A stretch of 64,000 nt of DNA, from assembly GCA_000002445.1 (NCBI GenBank), contig CP000067.1, forward strand, positions 704,001-768,000, in the 5' to 3' direction. Below, piece by piece: positions 34,781-46,489 of the stretch. A program made the translations under genes and the position numbers. A model generated the notes under the pieces. It saw only the letters and a program-made list of their open reading frames with translations, was not told the origin of the DNA and searched no databases. Origin of the DNA: Trypanosoma brucei. Its lineage: Eukaryota. Position 1 is the stretch's first letter, and every line of letters starts with the position of its first letter.

Positions 34781-36490
34781 ATGATACACAGAAGTTTGCG
34801 TTCCAGCTATTTTAGTATCCATGTTACTAAACCCCAACGAGTACTCTTGATGGGTTACCGACAATGTGCCTCAAGTGCTGCGGCTCCGTTGATCAATGCA
34901 AAAGGTGCTGGCGTGTCTCCCCAGAAAGACGAGGTGCGCTCGACGTGTCAGGAGTTGCGCCGCGTAATGGCCAGCCTTCTTGAAGACCGCCAATGTCTAT
35001 ATCGTGATGCGGTCCTCAGTGCAGCTTTGGACCCGTACCGATCCAAGCTTCAGAGTCTTCTTGAGGGTAATGACTCTTTCGGAGGTTCGACTGAAACCCC
35101 CAAGTCGCTAACGCTAGGCAAACTTTTGGAGTGCCGAGATGGATGGGCGGCTCAAGTGGGTGGAGATGCGATTTCGCTCGTTGACTTCTACAATGCCTTT
35201 CTCCTTAGTGCTTTAGTGAATTCCCATGCAGATGTGCAACTGGTACTTGATTGCATGCAGCAGCATGATCATATGGATCCGACAGCGGAAACCTATGTGA
35301 CCATCATGCATTCTTTTACTGCCCAACGGAAGGGACCCAACCCTGTAGCAGGCGACACAGCCTTTCATTATTTTGGACATGCACTCAAAACGCGAGGGGA
35401 GGGCTTTATCACGCCAGAACTTTGGAGCGCCGTATTTGTTGTGTGTGCCGTTACGGGGGCAGCTGGGAAGCTCCTTGATCAATGGTGGGAACTTCTGCTC
35501 AAGACATGCAAAGAAGGTTCATCGCCACTACCTTACGGCGCAGTCCATGCAGCACTCACATGGTGCTCATCCAAAGGGGATGTCGAAAGGGTGATGCGTT
35601 ACTTTAACACGGCAAACAGCAATTCGATGGTTGCGTTTGACCAAAACGATGTACCGCACGTGATTGGAAGCGGGAGCTTAACAACCAGAAGCAGCGACCA
35701 GGTTGTCCAGCAGTGCCAACTGCGGCTGTTGGTAAAGTTGATGGTGACAGCAAAGGCAATTGAACTTGATGGCGGTCTTCGTGCACTTGTGGTCAAAGAC
35801 GTCCGACGCCTTATTGACCCAGAAGTACTTCGTGCGGCCCCGTGGGGAATCATCAACGACCTCCTTAGTGGACTTTCCTTGCAAAGTGCTATGCAGCTGT
35901 TGAAATTCCGCTCAGCAGCAGCACTGGAGAAGGATGGTGCAGTGCCCTTCACTCTTTGGGCCTCGCTTCTCCGACGCTGCGCGAGGGATCATCACATTGA
36001 TCAGGCGGAGTCACTGTTTCTTTTCATCCGCAAGCGCTTCGAGCTGTCGGGTGAGCAAAAGGCTGAGCTTGTGGAGATCATGATTCGAATGTTCGCTACG
36101 CTGCCACAAGGGGACTTCGCATCCGCCACTTCCCTTTTTATCGAACACGTTATTCGCCACCCACCAGGGGAGCCCAGAGTGGAACCTAATGCCACTTTTT
36201 ATAACTTATTGATACGTGCTGCCGACACGCGCAATGCTGCCATGATGACCTTTTTGGAGGCGTGTGCGGCGGGCATTGACATGAACATTGAAACTTTCGA
36301 GGCGCTTTGCCGCTCGAATCGCTTCGGGACCATATCGTCGCTTAGTAAAAAGCTGCCACACGGTTACCAAGCTTCCAAACTCGATCAGCAAATTCGCATC
36401 CCCGCCGACGCTGACGCTCACCTTCGCCGTGAGGAAGCGATGAGGCTGCGAGGGAAGCCGCTAGTGGACTCCACCGGTGAAGTGGACTGA
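34781..36490 (+). CDS. pentatricopeptide-repeat (PPR)-like protein, probably mitochondrial
   Basis: PPR-like 35-aa units include ETYVTIMHSFTAQRKG… and ATFYNLLIRAADTRNAAMMTFLEACAAGIDMNIETFEAL. The N-terminus is basic/hydroxylated (MGYRQCASSAAAPL at 34850 is an alternative start). Confidence 0.5.
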   Translation: MIHRSLRSSYFSIHVTKPQRVLLMGYRQCASSAAAPLINAKGAGVSPQKDEVRSTCQELRRVMASLLEDRQCLYRDAVLSAALDPYRSKLQSLLEGNDSFGGSTETPKSLTLGKLLECRDGWAAQVGGDAISLVDFYNAFLLSALVNSHADVQLVLDCMQQHDHMDPTAETYVTIMHSFTAQRKGPNPVAGDTAFHYFGHALKTRGEGFITPELWSAVFVVCAVTGAAGKLLDQWWELLLKTCKEGSSPLPYGAVHAALTWCSSKGDVERVMRYFNTANSNSMVAFDQNDVPHVIGSGSLTTRSSDQVVQQCQLRLLVKLMVTAKAIELDGGLRALVVKDVRRLIDPEVLRAAPWGIINDLLSGLSLQSAMQLLKFRSAAALEKDGAVPFTLWASLLRRCARDHHIDQAESLFLFIRKRFELSGEQKAELVEIMIRMFATLPQGDFASATSLFIEHVIRHPPGEPRVEPNATFYNLLIRAADTRNAAMMTFLEACAAGIDMNIETFEALCRSNRFGTISSLSKKLPHGYQASKLDQQIRIPADADAHLRREEAMRLRGKPLVDSTGEVD

Positions 36491-37016
36491 TGTGACGCCA
36501 CTGGCAAAACGAAAGGAAAATTTGATGATACGGACGATTTGTTGCACGAACAGTTGGGCTGGTCAAGCGGAGAAGGAACTGAAAGGGGGAGGGTGTTTTG
36601 TGCTCTCTTCTTTTGTGCCTCCTTACTCAAGTTTGCCTTTTTTTTTTCCTTTTTAATTACACCTAACGGCTTTCCTTCGCCTGAGTGAAGAAACTTGATG
36701 GGAAGTTTTTGATTTTGCGATGGAAAAGGTGTGTATGGGGAACGGGTTGCTGAAAAGGTGCGACAATGATATAAAGAGGGCGGTAAACGTTCGCCTGCGC
36801 ACGTATGCAAGTAAGCAAAGAAGAAAAAAGGGAGGGGGCTGTTTAATTATAGTACCATTGGAGACAGTTCCTTCGTAATTCACCTTTCATTCTCTTACCT
36901 TTAAAATATATAACATTGCCATTTGAATTCACAGCCGGTGTTAGTGACGGCGTGGAAGAAGAAAAATCCGAGTGAATCATTGAAAGTATTTACCAAAAAG
37001 AAAAGAAGTATTCGGA

Positions 37017-38477
37017 ATGACCGTGAGCGCAAACGATGATCCAGTAAATGAGAGTTTTTGCACGGCATATAATTCATCGAAGAAGGAAGGGGACGAAACG
37101 ACATCCGCCCAAGTGAGTGACTCCACTGCACCGCGAGTCACTCCCGTCCCACTCACCACACCACGTCACGCTAAGAAACAGCGCTTAAACCGCCGTATCG
37201 AAGTAACGGATACATCAGCAGACCGCATTACCGTAACGGACGCGCTGCAACAGCACACAAGGGAAGTGCTTACTGTCCACAACGGTCCTGTAGTTTACGA
37301 AGAGCAAATGATATTTCACCCATACGAGCTGTACAAGCACGGAAAGAACAAAATACACACCGGAAGCGTGGGTTACAGTAGTGGGGCTGATCTTGTTATG
37401 CTGCGCGATGCAGTTTCCGAGCCCAGTGATGCGGACCTTGCGTACGTTCGCCGGTCAGCGGAGATCGGTAGCGTTATTTGCCTTGACCCAAAAGCGCAGC
37501 GACCACTCACGGAAACGGAAGAAGAGGAACAAAAGAAAAACAAAAAGCGTCTCGCTGGCGCGGGGTACCGGAAATACCCGGGAATTCGAGCCCCAAAGAA
37601 TCGGAAGGTGCGAAACCGGCTTCTCAACACTTATCTTGCGACAGAGTTGGGCCGTGAGATTTTGGACAACTACCGTGAGATGCAAGAAAATGGTGAAACC
37701 GACGCGGATCAGACGCCGCCGCTGCGACCCATCTTTTCCGACTTGCCTCAAGTCTTCTATGATATACTCGATCTTGACGAAGATGCACAAACGGCGGCAC
37801 TTGAGCGCTACGGGGTGAAAATACATGCCCCTGCTGGCAATGCACAACCAAAGGATCCCGACTCGGGTGAAGTGCGATTCCAAAACCTCAACTCTCGACT
37901 ACGTGGGGAGCTCGTGCATGCGATTAACAGCGAATTCTTGTCTAAGCAAATTGAAGACTTGGAGCAGAACTTTACTGCCTTCATCAAGAGTGGGGACCCC
38001 AGTAAAAGTCTAACTTATAGATTCCGCGACGGCTACGGAAGGTTGGTCTGCCATGGTGTGGCGGCGTATTACAAGCTCGTCTCACAGTCGCATCAACAGG
38101 CGGATGGCAGCAAGACAACTGTTGTAAGCTGGCCCAAGCGGAAGAGGAAAAATACTTCAAGTCTCACGCTACCCAAAATTACTCTCAAGTCGCTCCTCCG
38201 TAAGAAACGCAACGAAATGCCGCACACGCCCCTCCAGTCGAGCACACTGGACACACCGCTGTTTGACTTTAATGACGGACCAACGGATATGGAACCACTT
38301 GATTTGGGTGCCGCTGCGTCCAATGATGCAAATCCCGATGATTGGCTTCAGCCTTTGGAGCCGGACGGAATCATGCCTGTTTACCAACCCTTCTCGCTTG
38401 CATATTCAATAGGAAATGAGAATTCAGGCACCAAGCAGAAAGGAAAGAAGAGTAAAGGAACGAAGACATCGAATTAA
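37017..38477 (+). CDS. R3H-like domain protein (putative nucleic-acid binding)
   Basis: …TYRFRDGYGRLVCHGVAAYYKLVSQS… has the R-x3-H spacing and the following hydrophobic pattern of an R3H domain. The rest is Lys/Arg-rich. Confidence 0.45.
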   Translation: MTVSANDDPVNESFCTAYNSSKKEGDETTSAQVSDSTAPRVTPVPLTTPRHAKKQRLNRRIEVTDTSADRITVTDALQQHTREVLTVHNGPVVYEEQMIFHPYELYKHGKNKIHTGSVGYSSGADLVMLRDAVSEPSDADLAYVRRSAEIGSVICLDPKAQRPLTETEEEEQKKNKKRLAGAGYRKYPGIRAPKNRKVRNRLLNTYLATELGREILDNYREMQENGETDADQTPPLRPIFSDLPQVFYDILDLDEDAQTAALERYGVKIHAPAGNAQPKDPDSGEVRFQNLNSRLRGELVHAINSEFLSKQIEDLEQNFTAFIKSGDPSKSLTYRFRDGYGRLVCHGVAAYYKLVSQSHQQADGSKTTVVSWPKRKRKNTSSLTLPKITLKSLLRKKRNEMPHTPLQSSTLDTPLFDFNDGPTDMEPLDLGAAASNDANPDDWLQPLEPDGIMPVYQPFSLAYSIGNENSGTKQKGKKSKGTKTSN

Positions 38478-39973
38478 TGAAGGAATGATATGGTTTTAAA
38501 TGACAGGACACTCGAACCCTTCATTGGCGTAGCAGAGGGAGGGAGAAAATGGTGAAGGTAAATGAAGGGATGGGGAAAAGAGGAAATGTTTAGGTCGATG
38601 CGGGGATTTGAAGTCGTCGGCCCTTCACCGATTTCCCTCCACGTAGCAAGACCATGTGTACTTTTTTGCATATATTTATTTATAAATATAGACGTACGTG
38701 AAGTGTTTGTTGATAAAGTGTTTTGCGTTCGACTTGAACGAGCTGCTCCCGAACGAATCTGAGTGATCCAAAGCGAGGGATGCATCGTGTGATCACCATT
38801 TTATCTGGATACACCCGTTTTTTTTTTTTAGAAAAGGATGTAAAAATACCGTCATGTATACACCCATTTCGTGTACGTTTGGAAGTGTTTCTACACGTCC
38901 CCGTCTTTCCCAGTTCCCTTTTCATCCGTTTTTTTCTCCCATTTATTCTTCGTTTGGCTCTCTTATCTTCGGTAAGGCGTGGTCTCGCTTCTAAAACGTC
39001 CATGGGTTCGCATGAATCCACGACTTTGTTTTTTTTTTCTTCTTGTCGCCTTTCCTTTCCACCCCTCCTCAATTCCCTTTCTTTCAGCTACCTTACGTTC
39101 TATTTTTCTTTTTACGGTGTTGCTGCTTGTTCCTTTATTTGTTTTGTTTTAGGGAAAAGGAGGGTGGAAGGAAGGATATCGCACGAAAACTTTTTTGAGT
39201 ATTTATTGCTCACTTTTTTTTTTAAATCTTTTCCTCACCTTGTAGACCCGCTGGTTGTAAATAACTATCAACCCGCGTTTGTGTGCGTGTGGCGATGTTG
39301 TGATGAGTTGGAGAGTAGAACCCGCGAAAGGTGGAAAGTTGGGCAACTTCAACTTCATCCTTCCGCTGCGTCATTTTCTTGTTGTTTGTTTGTTGCTGTT
39401 GTCGTTTTGGTTGTTGTTGTTGTTTTATGTTTTCCTGTCCCATTCCCCACTTGTTTCCCCTTCGCTGTTTTCGTTGTTTCGCATCATCGTAATTATCGCC
39501 GTTGTTTTTACCTGCTGTACACTTCAATAGGGAGAGGCCCCATGCATCCACTGGAATTCTGGTTAATGAGCGAATGAGTCTGAAAGAGGGAATGAATGTG
39601 ATTTTACATATATGGGAAAAGAGAAAGAATGACAACTTACATTATTGATGGTGTCTAATCAGGGAGTTCCCAGGTTAATAAAATGCATAGTGATCCAAAA
39701 ATACACGTGGATGTGCGGGGAGGATGGGAAGACGGGGGAATTATGCAGCGGAGAAATGATAGAATGATTGTGTCAGTTCCTCATTTTACTTCAAAGCGTT
39801 TATTCTCTTATACGTAGGGAAATGGCGTTGTTCTCCTCTTTCACGTGTACATGCGCTGTTACCCGTAACTACACCTTCTGTTCTTCTTTCGTTATGTGAA
39901 AGCGTGCGTGCGCAAATAAAGAAAGAAGACGGGACGGCGGAAGTGACGTGCACACACACACATATATATACAT

Positions 39974-40007
<34 letters not shown>

Positions 40008-41295
40008 CGCATACGTATGCATACTGCTTTATCTGCGTTTGTGTGTGAATAGGGATGAAAAGATAGGAGGAAGAGGAAGAGGAAGAGGAGGGGACTAAAA
40101 AGAGAAAAAAAGAAAACACACACCATAACTACCTCTATTGGTTGTTTGTTTTTGATGGTATCATATAAAGCACGGGTAAGGGAAAGATGTTGTGCCTCCA
40201 TCACTTACAATGGTTCCTTCTTCTCATACTGCCATTGCTTAAAGGTGATACATCCGTCCATGCATTAAGTTAAGTGATGGGAGAGGTATTTGGCAATGGT
40301 TGGACACCATTAGTTATTTGAAATATTAGTAGTGGCTCACATTGGGTGGAAGTAAGGAGATGTAGAGAAAAACGACAAATTTTTTTTTTTAAAGCGGTCA
40401 AGCACACACATAAGCCGCAACAACGAACGAATGATACTGCTGGTAGTCGTGAAAGACGCAAAAAAAAAAGGAAAGAAAGAAAGAAAGATATGGGTTGTAG
40501 ATCTCATGCACGCCTACCGCAAAAAAAAAAAAGGTGGCCGCTGCAAATACGAACTACACCATAAAGGTAAATGTCTCCTAGTGAGTTAACGTTGCTGCTA
40601 TTGCTCTCTTACTGCATTGTCGTGATATTCTTTTTGCCAACTGTGCGTTTGAGCGTGTGCCCGTTTGTTTATGCTTGGGTGAGGAAAGGCACTGCTTTAT
40701 TTTGTCTCCCCTCCCCCTTTCCCAAACATGCCATCGATGCGGGGGAAACCGTAGAGACACCAAAGATAATTGTGGGGAAGGGGGGGACCGTGTTAGCGTC
40801 CCAGTTGTTGGCGGGAGATGTGCGGGAAGGAACGTTTACGCGCATATATCCACATTCACACCATCGCGTCATCCGCTCACCTCTTCTCTCTGTTCCACCG
40901 AGGCCGTGTGTTGTTGCTCGTATTAATAATTACGCTTTCTTGTGTCCTTCCTCATTGTTTCTTTATATAATGATGGATTTATAATCTTTTCCTCCCTTGC
41001 ACATTTATTATTTCATTGATGTACGGAAGGTGCTCCAGACCGGTCTTTGGTAGTTGTTTGGGTGAGCGCCCCCATAGTTTGCCTTCCGGGGCCTGCAGTC
41101 GCCCGTCGTCGTACAACGCTGAAGCGAAAGGCCGGTACGAATAGATATAACAAAAAAAAAGACATTTAAGGGACAGGGCGTCGTGAAGGGGAAAGAGAAG
41201 GAGCAGCTGCAGAACGAGGGGAGGCCCGTCCGCGCCTCGTGGCTAAGAAAAGGACGGCGCTGACTTTCTTTCTCTGGCTGGTACCCCGAGCCCTC

Positions 41296-41326
<31 letters not shown>

Positions 41327-41473
41327 TTGGTTTTTTTTTGCCTGGAAACGAAAAAAAAGTAAAAGAGAAGGTGACAGAGTGAGCAACACCGGTAATAAGT
41401 TAGTGGCGATTCCCTTTTTGTTTGTTTTGTGTCACACACCCAACTGCTTTAGGAAAGAGGAGGGGGAAAAGAG

Positions 41474-44400
41474 ATGAATCTCGTGTATGGTTCCCACCTA
41501 CCTCCAGGAACTGAAGGGCCGACGTGTGGGGAACTACGTATTCGAGTAGAAAAAATGATTCTGCGAGAGGATATAGTCAACTCGGCGGTGCGGTCGGAAT
41601 GTGCGTCCGCAAATGCACGACCCATCTCCGTCTCTGTAGACCACTGTGCGGTTGCGCCTCTCTTCCGGGGCGAAGCGCGGCCGAGCGCACAGTGCACGCC
41701 AACAACACCTGGGAAAGTCCGCGGCGTACTTTCTCTTGTCTACCCCATCAAAACGCATGAAGCGCAGTTTGTGGAATATCTGACAAACATGAGTAAATCA
41801 TTCAACGGTGGTGTTCACGTTCTTGTTTTTGTGCCAACGAGCTATAGTGGACGGCGCAAGCCAACTCATATTGGAAAGACCATAGTCGCCCTGGACCGCC
41901 TTAAACCCTCCTCACCTGTAGGTGGATGGTTTCACATCATGAGAGACATGTCGAGTACGGACGGCAAAACGGCCGAAAAGGGCACCTCGCCTGTGACCTT
42001 AGTTGACGTCGGAAAAGTGAAGCTCTCCTTCACCGTGACGTATTTTTCTCAGGCGACGCCCACGCGACAAAGGAGCACCAGCACCACGGCATCCCACGCG
42101 CTGCAACAGGGAGGAGCAGAAACCAGCGACCAGTCACGCATAGAAAAGAAGAACCCACCACCGGGGGCGGCAAGGGTCTCCTCGCCAACACTTGTTGGAG
42201 TGAATATTCTTCCACCACAGGCAATAAAAGACGAGCAATCGGGTGAGCAGCGGCCAAGAGGTGAGAGAAGTTTGGGGAGAGACGATAGGACAACCCCAAA
42301 CTCGACTCCCGGACCACAGTTAATGCCCGCTTCACAAGTGCCTTTATGTGGCTCTTTCCCTCGTGCTTCAGAGGTACCGATGGGTTTCTCCACCAATCAA
42401 AAGGATACGATTAGTCAATTGCTACAGCGAGGGCATACTCTGCGAGCAAGAATGGAAAGGGCACTTGACCGTTCCGCCCTTATGGAAGGCGCACTTGGTG
42501 CAACTACCTACACTCCAATGCTTCCATATGCTAATTCTATCGAAAGGGCGATGGCATTGCCTGGTGTCACACCTGGGTCCAATCTTATGCTTGGTTTGTT
42601 TCCCGTTTCGGCAGAAGCTGACACGTCAGCGAGCTCGCGAACCTCCCTGAGCGATGGGTCCGTCAAGGGTACGCCAGAAAATAGCGTTGCATCTGGTGTT
42701 GTTGAACCAAACGAAACACCGAAGGAAAGTAGACTGCATACTGGAGTAACATCTGGTCAACGGTCTTTTCAACGTACGGGAGCACTTCCCACTGAGGGCG
42801 GGTACGTTGAGGTGGATCTGTCACGGATCTCTTTTTCGTCGGGACCAGCCACACTCGGCATGGAAGAAATGCGCATTGACATCCGGTTGTCAAAGGACGT
42901 GAAGACAGATGAGCCGGTGGAATCCTACTCATCCTATGTACACCGTGTTCCACTAGCAAAGGGCCCGGAACACCACATTGTCATTGGCTTCCAAGTGCGA
43001 TCGTTCAGCGAGGATAAAAGTCGTATGGTTATTGGCTTCTACCGCGTCTTCTCAGCCCCCGTGTCGAATCCCCCCAGTGAGACGCTCCTACCAGCCCCAG
43101 CAAGTGCAAAGCGGGTGCTGGTGAATGAAACACTTCTGGGTATTTGTATTGTCGGTCTTCACGCACAAAGCAGGGACATAGTGGCGCACGACCCATTTAG
43201 TGGTGAGGACCCAACGCAAGCTCACCTGTGCGTGCGCGTGCGGGACAGTGCCCCAGCTGTGGTGGATAACGGGCCTAAGAGGAAGGAGGCAAGTCGAGTG
43301 AAGCGTGTAACAGTTGTGAGGTCAGATCAGCGGAGTAACGGCAGCCACAGCAATGAAAAGCTCGTCGAAACCCGCCGAGAAGGCCATAGGGTGCATTTGA
43401 AAGAAGGCGCTGACGAACCAGTCCAGTGGAAGCGCGAGTGTAGTGAGGACCGAGAATCATGTAGCTCATCGTCAACATCAACCCCGTCGTCCACAGGTCG
43501 CTCCAAAAGAAGACACAGGGTAGGTGATTCCAGCAATAGGGTTGAGCAGACTGAAGTCTATCCGGTGCAAATTTGTCCCACGACCCCTGTTAAACCCACG
43601 GTTCAAAATGCCGGTGAACCCGAGAAAAAGAACTTCCGGTCTATCCTTGCTTCACCACAAGTGACAGGGGGTCTCCATAGGGGTAAGACATCCACTGACG
43701 GCCCATCAGACCGGTTCCGCATGCACGTGGCCATTCGCTCTTGTAAGGACCTCCCTCTGGTTGCTCTCCGCCGGGACGGACTCCCTATGGTGTCAACAGT
43801 AGTTCCGACTGATCAAATGGCGAATGGTGTGCGCTCGGCCCTCGCATCTGACGGTTCCCTCGTGCTTATTGACAGTGAGTACCGCGTCTTCACTCCCCCT
43901 TCAACCTTTTTTACTGTTGAAGACATTTACAATGCCACGAGCTCCAGTGCGCTGTCACGGGGGGTGGTACCGGATTGGTACGTGGAGGCTGCTGTCCGTG
44001 GGGAGTACGACCGCACCCTCGTCGTCCCGAAGTCACAGAGTCCGCAGTATGACTATGAATGCATCTTGTCCCTGCCGCATGAGGCTGTGTTTTTGCGTCA
44101 GGCCTCCGCGGAGAACCAACGGACGGCGATAGAGGCGGCTGCGGTACGAGAAGGCGCAGCGCCCGGTTTCCCCCCTTCCCTCTTGCCGGCCGACAAGACA
44201 TGGGCAGCACAGGGAGCTGGAAAGGAAACTGTTCCGTGCTTGTCTGAAATGCGTTTAACTTTGTGGCACCACGCACCTGAAGTGGATGGGGTAGAAACGA
44301 GGGCCCAGCGGAGTGAGGAAGAAAAACTGTGGGTCAATGCGGCGCCACTGGGAGAATGTAGGATAGATCTGCGTTCCCTACGCTTCCTGAGGGTAATTGA

Positions 44401-44479
44401 TGGTTGGTATCGAATTAACGAGATTGATAGACTGGACAATGTTGTTGGGTATGTTCGCGTAAGTGTTCGTATGCTTTGA
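41474..44479 (+). CDS. hypothetical 1001-aa protein with C2-like domains at both ends
   Basis: The N-terminus (GELRIRVEKM…HVLVFVPTSYSGRRKP…GWFHI) and the C-terminus (…CRIDLRSLRFLRVIDGWYRINEIDRLDNVVGYVRVSVRML*) resemble C2 beta-sandwich ends of the RPGRIP1/CC2D2A type. Confidence 0.45.
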   Translation: MNLVYGSHLPPGTEGPTCGELRIRVEKMILREDIVNSAVRSECASANARPISVSVDHCAVAPLFRGEARPSAQCTPTTPGKVRGVLSLVYPIKTHEAQFVEYLTNMSKSFNGGVHVLVFVPTSYSGRRKPTHIGKTIVALDRLKPSSPVGGWFHIMRDMSSTDGKTAEKGTSPVTLVDVGKVKLSFTVTYFSQATPTRQRSTSTTASHALQQGGAETSDQSRIEKKNPPPGAARVSSPTLVGVNILPPQAIKDEQSGEQRPRGERSLGRDDRTTPNSTPGPQLMPASQVPLCGSFPRASEVPMGFSTNQKDTISQLLQRGHTLRARMERALDRSALMEGALGATTYTPMLPYANSIERAMALPGVTPGSNLMLGLFPVSAEADTSASSRTSLSDGSVKGTPENSVASGVVEPNETPKESRLHTGVTSGQRSFQRTGALPTEGGYVEVDLSRISFSSGPATLGMEEMRIDIRLSKDVKTDEPVESYSSYVHRVPLAKGPEHHIVIGFQVRSFSEDKSRMVIGFYRVFSAPVSNPPSETLLPAPASAKRVLVNETLLGICIVGLHAQSRDIVAHDPFSGEDPTQAHLCVRVRDSAPAVVDNGPKRKEASRVKRVTVVRSDQRSNGSHSNEKLVETRREGHRVHLKEGADEPVQWKRECSEDRESCSSSSTSTPSSTGRSKRRHRVGDSSNRVEQTEVYPVQICPTTPVKPTVQNAGEPEKKNFRSILASPQVTGGLHRGKTSTDGPSDRFRMHVAIRSCKDLPLVALRRDGLPMVSTVVPTDQMANGVRSALASDGSLVLIDSEYRVFTPPSTFFTVEDIYNATSSSALSRGVVPDWYVEAAVRGEYDRTLVVPKSQSPQYDYECILSLPHEAVFLRQASAENQRTAIEAAAVREGAAPGFPPSLLPADKTWAAQGAGKETVPCLSEMRLTLWHHAPEVDGVETRAQRSEEEKLWVNAAPLGECRIDLRSLRFLRVIDGWYRINEIDRLDNVVGYVRVSVRML

Positions 44480-45164
44480 GAGGTGGTGGCTGGGCTGGGT
44501 TAAGGGCCTTGATGATGCACAGGAAGTGGAAAAAAAATATTGGAAGAGAGAGAAAAAGAAAGAGAGCAGGAACAAAAGAAGAGGAAGATGAGGAGGGGAT
44601 CCACCTCTCCATTGTCTGCACCGAGTGGAAGATCCGGAGGAAAACTGCATGGGGTGGCGGACCCGCTGGAAGGGTTTTGTTGTTCCACATTGAAGTGTGG
44701 ACAGCTTCACGTTTACAGTCCCCAAAGAAGTGTTTTGCACTGACGTCAGGGTAGCGGCGGAGGCGATAGGGGGCTGAATGGAGTTAACTGCCTGAGAGAT
44801 ACGGTTTTTGCTTTTGGCGCAGAGTCATGGGAACTTCGCAGAAACTGAAAAGTTGAGTGATATGAATGAGGGTTTGGGGTAGAGGGGAGAGGAAATTGTT
44901 CGGTGACGAGGGTGTAAAGTATTCGAAGGTCGGAATATGTAGCCCCCCCCCTCCCTCCCTTCATTCCTCATCTTTACGTCGCCTTGCCTAATGACAACAG
45001 GGGAAGACCATAGTTGTTGCCTGTGCATCACGTGCATGTGCTCTCATGGATCATCTCTCCAAGTGTGGACGTGGGAGGGTGCGCTTTTCTCCTTTATCGT
45101 CATTTGTGTGTGTATGTGTGGCTGTTTTGTAACTTTACCATTTATACTGTTTGATGATGTCATG

Positions 45165-45190
45165 GTGTGTGTGTGTGTGTGTGTGTGTGT
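45165..45190. repeat. (GT)n microsatellite
   Basis: The sequence reads gtgtgtgtgtgtgtgtgtgtgtgt. (AC)n/(CA)n runs also occur at 11119-11141 and 31949-31972, each directly upstream of an ATG. Confidence 0.9.
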
Positions 45191-45452
45191 TTTCCTTGTC
45201 TCTGCAACTTGCATATGTACGTAAAGGGACCATATACGATGTTGTATGTGCTGCCCCTATGAAGCTCGATGGACAACATGTATTGTCGCTGTTTGTTGAT
45301 TTCTTTTCTACAGTGAAAATTATTTCCCCCATACGCATCTTTTTTCTCGTTTGAAACTCTTTGTTCTAAAAGGCATTTAACAAGATATACATACGGACCG
45401 GGACCGGGGAGGTGAGCGTTGGTACGCTTTAGCGAAAACTGCTTAGACCCAT

Positions 45453-46148
45453 ATGCGACCAGGTAGTCAGTTCACTCCGAAAGCTATTCAAGTGTTCAAA
45501 AGTTTCGCCACTGCCGCACCTGCAGTGATGGAGGTCGGTACGCAAAGCGGAATCCCTAAGGATTTAATTGGAGGAGCCATTGGACAGTTATGCAATGAGG
45601 AGGGGGATGCCACATCCAACGGCGGTGTGCCCTTCAAGGCTGCAGAGATACGATTATATTCCCCACCACCACTGAAAAACAGCAAAGCACAGGTCATGCT
45701 GCTCTTCCGTGGCACAAAGTTCGTAACTGTCGAAGAAAGTATTGGGGCCGGACCGGAAGGAACGATTTTGTTTTTCTCAAGTTCATTGCTTGTTGCGCTC
45801 CCATACGGAGTGCTTCAGGAGGGGGAATCCAATGCGTTTCGCATCACGTTGTGTCGCGTGGAGCGGCGGCCCGATTCAGCTATTCTCGACAAGTCCCACC
45901 TACCAGATAAAGAGCTGGCAATATTGGAAAAACATGCTAACGATGTGGAGAAACTTAAAGCGTCGGTCAGTCAGTGGCCGCACGAAGGCAGTGATAACAC
46001 TGTATACGACGGCACAATGGAATATGGGGACTACGGAATGGTTTATTGCTTTAATACTAACTATGTAGGGGTAAGCACACTGCTGAGCGCGGATGTGCAA
46101 TGGGGTGAGACAGTACTGACACATAGTTCGGAGGGGAAACGTGTGTAG
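45453..46148 (+). CDS. hypothetical protein (231 aa)
   Basis: A complex, non-repetitive + strand ORF in array orientation. No recognisable domain. Confidence 0.4.
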   Translation: MRPGSQFTPKAIQVFKSFATAAPAVMEVGTQSGIPKDLIGGAIGQLCNEEGDATSNGGVPFKAAEIRLYSPPPLKNSKAQVMLLFRGTKFVTVEESIGAGPEGTILFFSSSLLVALPYGVLQEGESNAFRITLCRVERRPDSAILDKSHLPDKELAILEKHANDVEKLKASVSQWPHEGSDNTVYDGTMEYGDYGMVYCFNTNYVGVSTLLSADVQWGETVLTHSSEGKRV

Positions 46149-46489
46149 AGGTACTGAATCAACAACACATAGTGGAATATCAACGGTAACAGACATGAGG
46201 GTATGTCTTCAACTTTAAGCAGCGTCCTCTGGGAGACACTTCAAGAGCATGGATTGCTTTTAAGAGACCTCAAGCAGTATTGTTTTCTGTCTAACTAGAC
46301 GCACCCCGCAAGGCGGTGGTGATCAAAATTTGTTTGTAGATCATAGTTCTCATACCTTTCGCAGGAAGCAGTAACGCTTGGTATTTATTTTATACCATCG
46401 TAACCACTCCCTCTAACTTTTTGCTTAACGTTTCTGCAACCGGTAGAGTAGTAGAATTTAAATACTTTGTTGCTTCTAGAGGGTCCACC

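Noticed and set aside
38780-39577. 265-aa + strand ORF in the long gap after the R3H gene
   Set aside because: It is a hydrophobic, low-complexity translation of pyrimidine tracts, with no domain. It looks like an intergenic ORF by chance, not a gene.
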